Of a stretch of DNA of 64,000 bases, positions 1-13,359 are shown in pieces. A program made the position numbers and the translations under genes. Where the stretch lies: assembly GCF_964204645.1 (NCBI RefSeq), contig NC_134030.1:851355-915354 (forward strand), written 5' to 3'. The stretch's first letter is position 1. Each line of letters begins with the position of its first letter. Below the pieces are notes generated by a model, which saw only the letters and a program-made list of their open reading frames with translations, did no database searches and was not told the DNA's origin. This DNA comes from Tubulanus polymorphus (taxonomy: Eukaryota; Animalia; Nemertea).

Positions 1-3000
1 AATATCATGAAAGAAATCAACCTGCTTCCCGAACAGCTGATCAATATGCCGTCAGTTGAAATGGTTGAAAGCTGGTGAGTCATTAATGTTTGATAAAAAT
101 ATTGTTTGAATAAGTTTATTTGTCATTTCGCGCAGTTTTACTATTATATTATTCAAAACTTTTAGATAATAACATTTGAATGATTTTAACGTTTTTAAAA
201 GAGCTATTTTCAGGCTCCTGGGAGTGGTCTATGAAAAGGGAATGGGTCAATTGAAGGCCATTCATGGAGTGGGCTCTAAATCCTTAAATCATGATTCTTG
301 AATGTCATCAGTCATTAGTTATCAGTCATTAGTTATCATCGGCAGATCAAAGATACAAGTTCACTTTCACAGTTCTTAAAATCTACTGACTATAACATGG
401 TTCCTAAAGCCCCTCAAATCCCTCAAAAAACCCCTCAAATTCCAAAATCCATTTTTGAGGGTACAAAATCCCTCAAATTCTGAGTTTTAGCCCTTGGCCC
501 CTCAAAATCCCCTAAAATTCTGACAATTGTATCTCTCAGAGAATTTTGTATCACCTATTTCTGAAGTACCTTTCTTTAAACATTCTTTCAATGTAGGCCC
601 CTACATCATGAATTGTGATGTGAGACAGATTGAATTATGCATTGTGTTGTTTGTTGATAATCACATTTTTTACCAGGCATCCTTATAATAAGGATGCCTG
701 GTAAATGTAGATTCAGGATTACTGGCTTAAACATGACGATTAAAGTCCTTGAATCGAGAGTCAAAAAAGCCCTTGAAAGTTAAATGAGATTGTTCATGGA
801 CACTATGAACCCTGAGTAGTAACTTTCGCCCAGGCCAGGCCTGTAGGCAGAGTGGGTTACTGTTTGGCTGATAGTGCCCTTTTACTGAAATATACTGATA
901 ATATTCATTTAAACCCCTTTACTTCTTTACCTTGAAACCACGAAAGGGCACTTTCACATAGACACAGGGCACCCTTTCCATAAAAATAGCACTTTCATTG
1001 ACGTTAAAGGGCAGTTTCCATGATGGAACCAGAAAGCGCCCTTTTATATCAAAAAACCCCCACTCTCTAAATCCTGCCTACAAGCCTGCAAGTTGAATAC
1101 CGGTCTAACTTATCCCTGGGTTTGCATTAGATTTTTTTAGGTCCGATGGAACTATTTCAAATTATTTCAATTATATCTGAATCGATTCCAATAAATGAAA
1201 TGATTTAAATGAAAACTAGTTTATAGAAATGCTTTGTGTTTTTAACACACAGCTGATACATTGTTTATTTAACATTTGGGTTAAGAAATGAACTCAAAAT
1301 GCGTCACCTTAGCGCAATATCATCTAATCAAAATACTAGACATTTTTATAACGTGGACTGATGCCAGAAATTTCTAATCGCTGTGAAAAATATATCTGAG
1401 CCGTTTGAAGAGTTAGCTCTCAATACTGCTGGTTAACTCAATATAACTCATTTAAATTAGGAGAATAATTGAGAGTTCCTAGAATTCATCTCACTCCATC
1501 CTAAATGTTCCACACCATCCCTCTTCAAATGATAGAAGCTCCTTCAGACCAAACCCCAAACCTTGTGTTATACTTTCACTGATAGATCCTGCATCATCAG
1601 AAAACTTTCCTCTCCTCCTAGAATCCCACCCCATCGGAACTCAGGAAAGACTAGGATCTCACCCCAAATGCTCCACCTCAAGCCCTCCTTGATTGCCTCC
1701 CCAGGCCTTCCATTTTAATTTTATTGTCACTGGTAGCTCCTAATGTAGATCCTACGTACATAATGAGATCCTTATCAGAAAACTCCCCCTCCCCTCCTGT
1801 ACCCCCCTTCCCTCCTGAACCCCCCTCCTGGACCCATCGTTAAACGCAGTATCCTCTGTTTATTAAATGTCTCTATTTTTATTTCAGGTATCGTCAAAGT
1901 TTCGAAGAAGTTTTGAATTTCGAGGACGCGAATCCTGACGATCCGAACACATTATCAGAGTGAGTTCCCCCTCTCCCTCCCCCTCTCCCCATCTCTCCTT
2001 CCTCCCTCCCCTCTCTCTCCCTCCTCCTCTCTCCCATTTAAAAGGTATCTCTGTTTTTTTTTCTCGTTAGATTTTGTGATGCGTTAATGAAGATCAGGAA
2101 CCGACACGTGAACGTTGTCGAAACTATGGCTCTAGTAAGTTATATTCAAACTCATTTATCAAAAACCACGATGAAAATCTTAGAATACAGAGCTGCATTG
2201 TGTGGTGCGGGGTACAGAGTCTGCTCTGATTGGATGCAGATAGTTTGAGGGTCCAGGCTGAGTTTGAAACGTCTGGGCCACGAGGGGTGAATGGTCCAGG
2301 CTGAAGCGGGACCCGGAGAGACAAAGGGTTGCTGGGTACAGAATGAGCGAGGTTCATAAATTATTGACCAAATTGAATCTAAATCCTATTTATCCTATCC
2401 TACTCTACAGTAATGAGGGTACACATCACATGAACCATGGACTCTCACTTGTACCTTGGACTCTGGAGTCCAATGGTGTTAATAATGGACTCTTACAGTC
2501 AACAGTTTTTGTTTTAGAGTCCATGGTTTGACTGATAAACTCTCGACTGCGGATGTATATCTATTTTTAACTATACCTCGTAGTGGAAATCTACTGTTAA
2601 ATACTGACTGAATGTCTGTCAAATTATTGAATCGAGTTTGATTATCTAAATTACGGACTTTATTTGAGTGATTAATACTCGATATATCAAATACCTGTGG
2701 ACATTTACTTCAAGTTCTACAGATAGCTAAAGCTTGCTGTTAAAACTGGGTGACTGAGTTACACATACTGCTGCAGCTGTGGTGTGTTATAAATAACACT
2801 AGTGCTGCTCATACTAACACTTGCTGTAATGTGTACAGTGCAGAAAAAAAAACAGTGTAAAACAGTGCAACATGTGATATAAAAAACAACTAACAATTTA
2901 ATGTGAATCTACCTGAACAAAACTCATTCACTCATCATTGTTGTAATGATCTTTTTATATGAGGCTTTTATATTGATAACTTATCCAATAATATACTGAA

Positions 3001-6000
3001 TCCGATATATGATAGGCTGTAATTGATGATAATATTATTTGATATATTTCAGGGTGTGATTGAGATGATATTTGATATATTTCAGGGTGTAATTGAGCTG
3101 ATAATATTTGATATATTTCAGGGTGTAATTGAGATGATATTTGATATATTTCAGGGTGTAATTGAGATGATAATATTTGATATATTTCAGGGTGTAATTG
3201 AGCTGATATTTGATATATTTCAGGGTGTAATTGAGATGAGAGACAGTTACGGTCGGGACCACGTCGTAGAAAATCAAGTTCAATATTTCTTAGATCGATT
3301 TTACATGAGCAGAATCAGTATCAGAATGCTGATCAATCAACACAGTAAGTATTCACTGTATCTGACCTGTATCACACAGTAAGTATTCACTGTATCTGAC
3401 CTGTATCACACAGTAAGTATTCACTGTATCTGACCTGTATCACACAGTAAGTATTCACTGTATCTGACCTGTATCACACAGTAAGTATTCACTGTATCTG
3501 ACCTGTATCACACAGTAAGTATTCACTGTATCTGACCTGTATCACACAGTAAGTATTCACTGTATCTGACCTGTATCACACACAGTCACCAAATCAATTA
3601 GCTTATGAGAGCTGTTATAAAATAGGAGAATGGCCATTTGCCCAGACTCTCTACATAACAGTCAAAAACTGCGTTAGCCTTCTGTGACTCAATGAATCTG
3701 GAGCCTTGAAGCTGCTTGTATTTGAGAATAGTTTCTAATGATTTCGACCAGCAGTCAGTTAATACCGCCGTAGGTCAAGGTCTGAGCTCTTGTATCAGTT
3801 CTGGGGAAAAATAGATACGGTATTACGTGCGCAAACAAACCTTGACCTTCTGTTCTGTTTATTTGAAAAATATTCCGCGTAAATAATTCAACGATTGAAC
3901 TTTGAAATTTCACATGAAATGTTTTTAAAAGGTTTATGCGCGATTACTGATATTTGTCATTGTGTCGATAACATTGTCTCAAATTAGAACTCGTACCAAA
4001 AGTGTTTAGCTATGAAACGTGACCCGTACCGCCTAGTTGTGAGTTTAATTGACAACACAAAAAGGTTTAAAGTTTAAGTGGAACTTGTATTTTCCAGTTG
4101 AGATATGGACGACCTGCTGTGATTACATTACTCGGTTTAATGTATCAACTGGGAATATAGGGGTGTAGGGAGGGAGTAAAAGGGGAGTTGTTTGTTTTGG
4201 TTGTGTTTCTGCGGTCACTTTAACATTGGCAATCATATCATCGATGTTATTATTATTCGACGATATTAAGAGTGTTTTTAATCTTACGGACAGCAATAGA
4301 ATGTTTGTTGTTGTTGAAGTGCTTTTAAATATGAATACACCAACATAAGATATAATTGAAATTCTTAGATATAACTATATTCAGTATTGTCTATGGTTAA
4401 TGTCTTTCTTTTCAAATTAGATAATGAAAATTGATTCATTCAAAAATACTTTTCTCTGAATCAACTTCAGTGAAATAAGACTTTTTGACAAATCGTTCGA
4501 TGAAGTGTAAAATGGATCGATGTTGTTTTAGTTCAGTCTGTGCTAGTCAATTCAACACTTATAACTGGTTTAATTCTACTACTGAATGTAATTATTGTCC
4601 TTTCAAACTATATGAAAAAATGTTATTAGTTTCACCTGTTTATAGGGTATATAAAAACTGCAGTTTGATAATTCTCAGGATCACACACCGATCAATATCT
4701 ATATTTATTAATAATTGTGGGGTGTTTATATTTTGTAGCTCTAATATTTGGTAGCAGTTTAACCGGTCACCATCGCCATATAGGATGTATAGATCCGCAC
4801 TGTGATGTCGTATCAGTTGTAGAAGGTACGTATCGTATCGTATCGTATCGTATTGACAAAACTCTTGAGAGGGGTTTGGAGGTCCAAGTAAATTCTAAGC
4901 ATTGTAGCCAATGTTAGTAATATTTCATATAACAAAGTCACTGAAAATTTTCTATGACAAAAATAGTGGAAGTTGGGATCTTGTGGCGAGGTGCGTTTGC
5001 GCCCAGGAATCATGAGAATTCAGTTGTACAGTTATCAGTGATCATTGTTTGTTTTTGTTGTGATAGTGTGGGTTGTTATTAGTAGTCGAATAAAACAACT
5101 TTAATCGCGTGTAAACTGTAGATACATGAATAAGTCTCACCTTGGAGTGAATTCAAATGATTACTCCAAGGTCCCATCATAGAATTTTCTATGATAACAG
5201 TTTATTGAAATGAAACCACAACATTTTGGCTGTAGACTAAACAGCTATCATCAGGTGGAATGTGACCAGAAACAGAAGAACTTCTGTTTACGCTTCAATT
5301 TCTGGTCACATTCCACCTGTTAGGGAACAGCAGAAACGTGGTTTCATTTTGATAAATTCTATCATAAATTCGAATTGTGCTATTTCTTCATGTATTGAAA
5401 TGTAGTCTGGATTCTATAATGTATCTCTCTCTATTTTTACAGATGCGTTTGATAATGCACGTTTTCTATGTGATCAGTATTATCTAGCTTCACCTGAAAT
5501 AGAAATACAATGTCATAACGGTAATAAAAATATCTTTATTTCTCATCTCTACGCTAAACCCCCTGCTCTAGGGGGGGGATACCCATATCAGGGTTCTTAC
5601 GTGGATCAGAGAATCCAGATTTAGTTCTCCCTGCAGAGAAAATCAGGCATTTTTGAGTCCTTTGAAAATCAGGGAAAAGTCTGGGAATTTGTGACGAGTG
5701 GCACAAGGAACCTCTTGATAAGAAACAACCCTCACTGAGGATATCTTATAATTTAATCAGGAAATTTGAATTTTTGGTGTCTTGTTGTTCTGAGTGTCAC
5801 AAGGAACCTCTTGATAAGAAACAGCCCCCACTGAGAATATCCTATAATTTAATCAAGGAATTTTTGGTAGGATCAAGGAAAATATTAGAATCTTGAATTC
5901 TCTGATCGATAAGTACCCTGCTACAGGTAACCCTCAGCTGTAGGTGGACCCCCTGTTTGCCTGTATTAATGTATGTGTGATATTTACAGCATTACAACCT

Positions 6001-8393
6001 GAAGTTCCGATTCACATGGTTTACGTTCCGTCACATCTCTATCACATGCTGTTTGAATTATTCAAGGTAACTCATTTCTGATCGATATATCATTCTATGA
6101 GATTTTTCATGATATTATCGTAATATTTACCAGCAGAATTTTGACGTATAGTTTATATGAATGTTTATTTACTAACGACGCCGTGGTTTTCCTATAGAAT
6201 GCGATGAGAGCAGTGGTTGAATACCACGGTACAGCCAGTGACGATTATCCTAAACTTAAAGTAATGGTTTGCAAAGGCAAAGAAGATCTCACAATAAAGG
6301 TAAAAAATAATCTCTTGTTGTTTCCTGCTTGGCCCCTTTGTGCTCGACCCCCTGCCTCAATTCTAGGTATAACATCTATAACAGTCGGATATATTTGATA
6401 TGTCTGACGTCTATAGCGCGCAGCAGTTCATCTAGAGGTTTCTCATTTTTCTGCCGTGAATGATTAGTTTTTCTGAGAATGTAATTGTATGTATTTGTTT
6501 GGCCGGGCTTTCGCTTTTGTTTCGTTGTAATCCTGAAGATGGCAGCACTTGCTGGAGTATGAATTGATTTTATATTTTCAGCTCTCCGATCAAGGAGGAG
6601 GTATATCCAGGAATAATATAGATAAACTATTTAACTATATGTATTCAACAGCTCCACAACCGGACACAAGTGGCTCCACCTCCGCTCCACTTGTAAGTTT
6701 AGTTACCGATGAATTGTGCAATTAATTTTTGTCAAATTTTGATATCCGCCACTGTCTTTGGTGGAGAATGGAAAGCACAGGGGCTCGTCATGAGAGCTGG
6801 GGGTCCAAAATCAAAGATTTGACCCAGATTGGTAACAGGATACTGGGTCAAATCATTGATTTTGGACCCCAGCTCTCATGACAAGCCCCTGTGATGGAAA
6901 GTGGATTACGGCAACTATTTTAGAGTAGTTTCTTCTCTTTCCAAAAGCTGAACTTCTCACAAAAATATCAAAATCCGAAGAATTTCTTGTTCATTTTTCG
7001 ATTTTTGAATTCAAATTACTCTCAATTTTTGTAAAAACTTCTACAAGAAGAGATATCTAAGTAGCCTTAGGGATCATTCATTTATTATGTACCCATTAAA
7101 TTTGAATTTTTCAACCCCCCTCCCCCTCTGTACGCAAAATCGGCCATTTTTTCATATACATAAAGCATTACAGTACGCAATTGCACTGACCCCCTCCCCC
7201 TCCCCTAATGCATACGTAATAAACGAATGATCCCTTATCCTGTTACTGACCATCAGTTTAATTATTGTCATGAATTCTGAATTGTCGTGTGTTTAACAAT
7301 TTCAGGCAGGTTATGGATACGGTTTGCCATTATCGAGACTTTACGCTAAATACTTCCAAGGAGACATAATACTCAGTTCAATGGAGGGCTACGGCACTGA
7401 TGCGCTTATATACTTAAAGGTAATCAGTTTGCTTTGATTGCGACATCGCATGGAATTGTTGTGAAGTAGCTGAATTTCTGCAGATCTCAATCATTTTCTG
7501 AATGGTCTTACTTTACCTTCAACCCGAAAAAGGTTTTAATCGGGATCAATATGATTTCTGTCAGTTTTCTAATTGTAATGAAGAGATAGTTCTATAAACT
7601 CGTAAGTCTATAATCTCAGTATAAAACTGGTCAAATATCTGTCAGTTTTCTGTTTGTAATGAAGAGAACTGGGGCTGGTTCCATAGTCATGGCTTAGACT
7701 TGAGACCAGTCTAAGACTATCTTGGTTCTATAGCCTATCTAACAGCTTAAGACCACTTTCAAGATTTAAGACCACTTTTTGGACTTCAGTCTCGACTATG
7801 GAACTGCTCTATAAGACTGTCGCTTCAACTATAAGCCTATAATCTCAGTATCAAACTGGTCAAACATCTGTCAGTTTTCTATGTGTAATGAAGAGAGATG
7901 CTCTATAAGACTGTGTCGCTTCAACTATAAGTGTATAACCTCAATATTGAGCAAATTTCTATTTCATAGATGCGCCATTGTTGCTAGGAATGACTTCGCC
8001 ACCAGGGGGCCATATTTGATACTCAAAATAACCCCTATTGTTAACATTAAATAATAACAGAATCTAACTGTGGAATAAACTGATTCTATGTCTATAAATG
8101 TCAGCAGTTAAATGAGTGGATCGGTAATCTGTGTTTATTACTAATTATTGTAGGTTTTCCCTGCAGAAGCGAACGAACTGTTACCGATTTATAATAAAAC
8201 ATCTTATAAACAATATCAACACGGAATACCGGTAGCTGATTGGTCGAATCCGTCGCATACGACTGGATTACACGCCGTGCTGAACTTTCCGACGCATCCT
8301 TCGCACACGAGACGTGGATATCATACGTCACTGCGCCATCTATTAACCCAATCACGAACTGCTGCTAAATCTCGCGACGACAAAAACGTATGA
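1..8393 (+). CDS. PDK: Pyruvate dehydrogenase kinase, mitochondrial (5'-partial, 11 exons in window)
   Basis: Exons 1-74, 1888-1959, 2071-2134, 3224-3344, 4739-4825, 5443-5520, 5990-6066, 6198-6299, 6582-6692, 7306-7419, 8154-8393 (TGA), all GT-AG with consistent phase. Motifs: [56 protein letters not shown] (N box), SDQGGG (G1), [29 protein letters not shown] (G2), C-terminal DW. Confidence 0.96.
836..1088. mobile_element. Non-autonomous DNA transposon (MITE-like)
   Basis: Terminal inverted repeats CAGGCCTGTAGGCAG / CTGCCTACAAGCCTG; no TSD seen. Confidence 0.45.
3035..3238 (+). repeat. 33/36-bp tandem repeat containing the PDK splice acceptor (6 copies)
   Basis: Unit TTTGATATATTTCAG|GGTGTAATTGAG(A/C)TGATA(ATA); AGs end at 3052, 3085, 3121, 3154, 3190, 3223. 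Confidence 0.95.
3345..3584 (+). repeat. 34-bp tandem repeat containing the PDK splice donor (7 copies)
   Basis: Unit GTAAGTATTCACTGTATCTGACCTGTATCACACA starting at 3345, 3379, 3413, 3447, 3481, 3515, 3549. Confidence 0.95.
6776..6893. mobile_element. Palindromic MITE with 8-bp TSD (hAT- or P-type)
   Basis: Near-perfect ~50-bp inverted arms CACAGGGGCTCGTCATGAGAGCTGGGG...CCCCAGCTCTCATGACAAGCCCCTGTG, flanked by direct repeat ATGGAAAG (6768-6775, 6894-6901). Confidence 0.85.
7070..7234. mobile_element. PIF/Harbinger (Tourist-like) MITE, copy 1
   Basis: TIRs GGGATCATTCATTTATTA / TAATAAACGAATGATCCC with TTA TSD on both sides; close copy at 9317-9477. Confidence 0.85.
7670..7806. mobile_element. 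MITE family B (GGGGCTGGTTCCATAGTC...GACTATGGAACTGG)
   Basis: Related copies at ~16720-16834, ~25507-25620 (inverted) and ~27550-27693. Confidence 0.75.
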
Positions 8394-8801
8394 TCGCGAT
8401 CTCATGAATTAATTTAATGCGTTGATGAATTGTGATTTTATAAAGTGTTGAATGAATCGATTGCTATGAGTTCGTACTGTAACAGAGTTTGAATATTTAT
8501 TGAATATTTCTCCGCGAGAGGTTTCACCTCATTTCAGATAATTACCTCCTCATCATTGAGGTAAGTATATACGAGAGGTAAAACAGTGGATTCAGATTAA
8601 TTATCTACGATAAATCAAAAAAACTGCTGTTACTGCGAGTTAATTTGAATTGTCGGTTTTATTTCTGATTGTTTTATTGGAAAACATTTGTAAATAGTTT
8701 ATTCTTCTGTATTATTACCTGTGATAATACACCATGGATAATCCGAGTTAATCCTGCGGATAATCCGAGCTAATCCTCCAGATAATCCCTTAGTTACATC
8801 A

Positions 8802-8913
8802 GTATCCAGTTCCACAGTTCTGAGTTAAGATTTGACTCAGATTTAATTCATTGAAAATGAACTAGTTTTAACTCAGAGTTAACTCTAACTCACGACTATG
8901 GAACTGGATCCTG
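8802..8913. mobile_element. MITE family C (TCCAGTTCCACAGTT...AACTGTGGAACTGG)
   Basis: Terminal inverted repeats; further copies at ~10460-10571 and ~10600-10713. Confidence 0.75.
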
Positions 8914-9316
8914 GATGCTGCTGAATCAACCAATCCTCCCTAGAAAAACTACTTAAATATTCAAATTTAATTTTACTCATAAAATATGCTTCAGTTTAAA
9001 TTTCATTACATGTATATGCTTATTGAGTTATAGGATTGATGGGTAGTTGATATTAAGTGATATGTAATCAAAAATGCGTTCTATCCGCCTTGTTTAACAG
9101 GATATCAATGATATTAGATTAGATTTCAATGATATCGGATGAGATATCGATTATATTTAGCGATCTATTCAGTCTCTATTCAGTGATATTTGATATATCG
9201 TGATGTTTCAAATATCATCACCGTAATATATTATTTCCTAAATTCAGTTAATTTACAAAGACTAATGTTTATCCTATACCGGTAGTTCACAGTATAATCC
9301 TATGTGTGTTTGCTTA

Positions 9317-9477
9317 GGGATCATTCATTTATTACATACGCATAAAATTTGAATTTTCAACCCCCTCCCCCTCACTACGCAAAGCGGCCATTTTTTCATA
9401 TACATTAAGCATTACAGTACGCAATTGCACTGACCCCTCCCCCTCCCTTAATGCGTACGTAATAAATGAATGATCCC
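9317..9477. mobile_element. PIF/Harbinger (Tourist-like) MITE, copy 2
   Basis: Same TIRs as 7070-7234 with TTA TSD. Confidence 0.85.
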
Positions 9478-10459
9478 TTATAAAACAAACACAAAATGTA
9501 TTGTAAAAATAGGTTATTAACCGAGACCAGGACGCAGGGAATAAGAAATGACTTCAGGAGGAAAATATTACAGGAGGACAAAGAAATGAAAAGGGTATAT
9601 ATTATACTGTTAAACAGGTATTGAGTGCCCTCTAAAAGCCTCAGGGGAAAATTAAGTGATCCAGTGCATTTTGTGCGAATTCCCGAGGTATTACATAAAA
9701 AGAGAAATCTATAAGACAAATGTCCACAAACAGGAGGTAGGGAGTGTGAGGGGAGGGGAGGGGAGGAGGTAGGGAGTTTGAGGGAGGTGGGGAGTGCGAG
9801 GGGAGGGGTTGGTTGTAGTGTTAATATTTCATAGTGTAAAATGATTGTTTGATAAACAAATAAAAATGAAATCACTGTAAATAAATATCAAAGGAGCTTT
9901 AAAAATGCTTCGACTTTAGATGATTTGAAATCTGAATTATTTATGTCTTTAAAAACAAAATAAAAGACGGAGGGTTCGGATTTTATTTTTAGTTGCTGGA
10001 AAAATTTCAAAAGTGTTAATGAGAATTTACTGCCATGGAAACATAGTGGAATCCAGTTAGTGGAATCTACATTCCACTTTTGAGTTCATAGTGGAATCTT
10101 TTTATTCCACTCCTGAGTTCTGAGTGTTCTACGTGATCATTAACTCTTTTGTTATGGACAATCTCTGATATTTAAAGTATTTAGGAATAAATTCAAGATG
10201 TTATCATAAAAATATCACTTGCTGTTTTACTTCATTAGTTATCATCTTTTGTGTTAATTCAAATTGGAAGGTTTCGGTCAGTTTCACTCCTGAGTTGGTT
10301 AAAGATAACCGGTGGTGGACAAATACCATCAGGTTACAATTCTGGGTCCAGTTGCTCAAAGATTTGTTACAGATTACCGGTGGACAAATACCATAGCAAC
10401 AATGAAATTTCAATTGTCTCTATGTTACTATGAACAGACCGATCAGGGCCACAAACATC

Positions 10460-10713
10460 TGGATCCGGTTCCACAGTTGTGGGTTAGAGTTAACTCCGAG
10501 TTAAGATTAGTTCATTTTCAATGTTTTAACTCGGGGTCAAATCTTAACTCACAACTGTGGAACTGGGTCCTAATCTTCAAGCTCTTATGTTAACTTCCAC
10601 AGGGTCCAGTTCCACAGTTCTGAGTTAAGATTTAACCCTGGGTTAATACATTGAAAATGAACTAACTTTAACTCAGAGTTAACTCTAACTCACAACTGTG
10701 GAACTGGGTCCTG
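10460..10713. mobile_element. Two adjacent, oppositely oriented family C MITE copies
   Basis: Both match 8802-8913, including the internal GAAAATGAACTA...TTAACTCAGAGTTAACTCTAAC segment. Confidence 0.7.
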
Positions 10714-11061
10714 GTTATCAACTTTTCAGCAAAAGCAGCCCCCAAAGTTTTTTACTTGACGAAGTATCCATTGATTAGTCAAGAAATCGAAGAAAACGAA
10801 GGAGATGGAATTTGACGTCTCTGATTCTACTAGCCATTTTCAATAACGAATCTAATTTTCCTTTTTTTCCTACGTATTTGTGAACAATTTTATTTCATTC
10901 GGTACAATAAAGTTAATGCATATTTGAATTGAATAAGCTCTGGTAAGCGAGTATAAATTCTGCTCTCCGAGATGACTCCACAATTCAATTCAAACATTTA
11001 TTGCTCCGTTCATATCCATAAGAATTGACTCTACATATCTCGATAATTGGTTTAGTTAAAC

Positions 11062-13359
11062 ATGTCTGGATTAATTGAAGATTGCTTTAAGTATTACAAC
11101 ACGAGGAATCTGTACAGCGTTTTAGGAATCGAGTCGGATTCAGATGAATCTCAAGGTAAGAATCCAGATTCCCGCCCGTTCTCGCTAGATGGCAGCAGTT
11201 GACGGTAGTGGCGCTAATTTTGACAGCTCTCGGGTTATTTATTTTTTTCAGTAAAGAAAGGATACCGGCGTGTATCTCTGAAGGTTCACCCGGATCGCGT
11301 AGAACCCGAGCAGCAACAAGAAGCAACTTTAAAATTTCAAATTCTCGGCAAAGTTTATTCGATTCTATCTGATAAGGAGAAGAGGGCAGTTTACGATGAA
11401 ACAGGTCAGTAGTGGCCGCAAACCCCCCTCTGTAATTGTATTCTATTCTAATTCTCAGTGAGTCTACTTGAGATATGTGAATAAATTGTGATTATGTTGA
11501 ATTATGATTATGTTAAAGCCATAAAGTGTCATCCTCACTTGCCAGAGGTTGATTGCCTCATGCCAACACAAACCCTGGTTTAGTATTAGTGAAGATGTTA
11601 TTTATGGGTAAGAGTGCAGATCCGCACCTCTCGTGATTGACGCAATCTACTGAATGACAGAATCCTGGCTAAAATCTTTCTTGTGAAGATATCTTAAATT
11701 AACCAATGGCAATGCTGAATGAATTGCTGATGACATTTTGAATCTGAAACAATGATGTTTAATGTAAGTGATTGAACGGTTTACGCGGAGAGGTGCGGAT
11801 CTGCACTTTTACCAATGTTATGTAGTATTTAGTGTGTTGGTTAGACGTAAAGGGAAGCAGGCTGGATGATTATTTTGAACTATAGACTGTTAAGTCGTTG
11901 ATGAGTGATTGTTGATGTTGTATATTTAAAGGAGAAGTCGTCGGTGACGATGAATTTAACGATGAACAAAAAAATCGAGATTGGAACAAATACTGGAGAC
12001 AACTATTCAGCGTTGTAACCGTTGATGATATCGTCAACTATGAACGTAATTATAAAGGTAAATGATATATACTGAACTCCAGTTCCACAGTTCTAGACCT
12101 AGTTCCACAGTTACTGAACTCCAGTTCCACAGTTCTGATCCCAGTTCCACAGTTACTGAACTCCAGTTCCACAGTAACTGAACTCCAGTTCCACAGTTCT
12201 AGACCTAGTTCCACAGTTCGGAACTCCAGTTCCACAGTTCTGATCCCAGTTCCACAGTTACTGAACTCCAGTTCCACAGTTTTGAACCCAGTTCCACAGT
12301 TCTGAACCCAGTTCCACAGTTCTGAACCTTGTTCCACAGTTCTGAACCCAGTTCCAGAGTTCTGAACCTAGTTCCACAGTTCTGGACTCAGTTCCACAGT
12401 TCTGGATCCAGTTCCACAGTTCTGGAGACAATTCCATAATTCTGGAGCCGGTTCCACAGTTCAGGACTCAGTTTGTAATATGTTTGTCTATTTTTAGAAT
12501 CAGATGAAGAACTCGCTGATTTGAAAGAAGCATATTTGAAATATGAAGGAGATATGGATAAAATAATGCAGTGTGTTTTATGTGCGAACGTTATTGATGA
12601 TGAACCAAGACTGACTGAAATTCTAAATAATCTCATCAAATCACAGGAAATTCCAGATTTCCCAAAATTCTCGAAAGAAACGACAAAGAAAAAAGAAAGA
12701 AGAAAAAGAAAGGTAGAAAAATCTAGTAATAAACTCCGACTGAAGGTTTCAAATTATTTATCTTTTGTAGAATTTTTTAAATTGTGGATAAATTTTAATT
12801 GAATCTGAGTAGAAATCTGGCATCGCTGTCCAAACGCACACTAGTGACACCTGGTTGATCCTCACTTGCCACAAGTGGAAACCTCTATTGCCGCAGTAGT
12901 TGATGTCTTACTGTACACTAAAGACACCTGGTGGATCCTCACTTGCCACATGTGGAACCTCTATTGCCGCAGTAGTTGCTACTGCACACTAGTAACACCT
13001 GGTGGATCCTCACTTGCCACAAGTGGAATCCATTGATGTCCTACTGCACACTAGTGACACCTGGTGCAAACTCACTTGTCACAAGCGATATCCTACTGTA
13101 CACTAGTGACACCTGGTGGATCCTCACTTGCCACTTAATTTTTCTATTTTGAATATTCCAGGCTGAGAAGGAGGCGAAGGAGTTGAAAAAGGAGCTAGGA
13201 GACGATTCCGCGGCAACAGGCAACAATAGTCTGACGTCTCTGATAAAACAACGTCAGAAATCGCGTGAAAGCGAAATGAACGATTTCTTCTCACATTTAG
13301 AACAAAAATACGCGAATCAAAAACCAACTAAAAATAAATCAAAAAAGAGTAAAAAATAA
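11062..13359 (+). CDS. DNAJC9: DnaJ homolog subfamily C member 9 (J-domain histone co-chaperone)
   Basis: Exons 11062-11155, 11252-11404, 11932-12057, 12498-12712, 13162-13359 (TAA). [23 protein letters not shown]...KVHPDR (HPD motif)...[14 protein letters not shown]...[10 protein letters not shown]...[25 protein letters not shown]...[31 protein letters not shown] at ~13444 and ~13455. Confidence 0.95.
11607..11813. mobile_element. MITE-like inverted-repeat element in DNAJC9 intron 2
   Basis: GGTAAGAGTGCAGATCCGCACCTCTC ... GAGAGGTGCGGATCTGCACTTTTACC. Confidence 0.6.
12071..12470. repeat. Minisatellite (~20-22 bp, CCAGTTCCACAGTTCTG core)
   Basis: Direct tandem units; the core equals the family C MITE TIR. 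Confidence 0.9.
12836..13135. repeat. Degenerate tandem repeat in DNAJC9 intron 4
   Basis: About five copies of ACACTAGTGACACCTGGTGGATCCTCACTTGCCAC. Confidence 0.85.

Noticed and set aside
12980-13055. Isolated TGCACAC MRE cores (also ~16190, ~24255, ~29149)
   Set aside because: Single 7-mers are expected by chance in 64 kb and these lack promoter context.
12836-13135. Repeat with variable spacers, superficially CRISPR-like (also 16281-16594, 23324-23600)
   Set aside because: Eukaryotic intronic or intergenic context, spacers are related to one another, and there are no cas genes.
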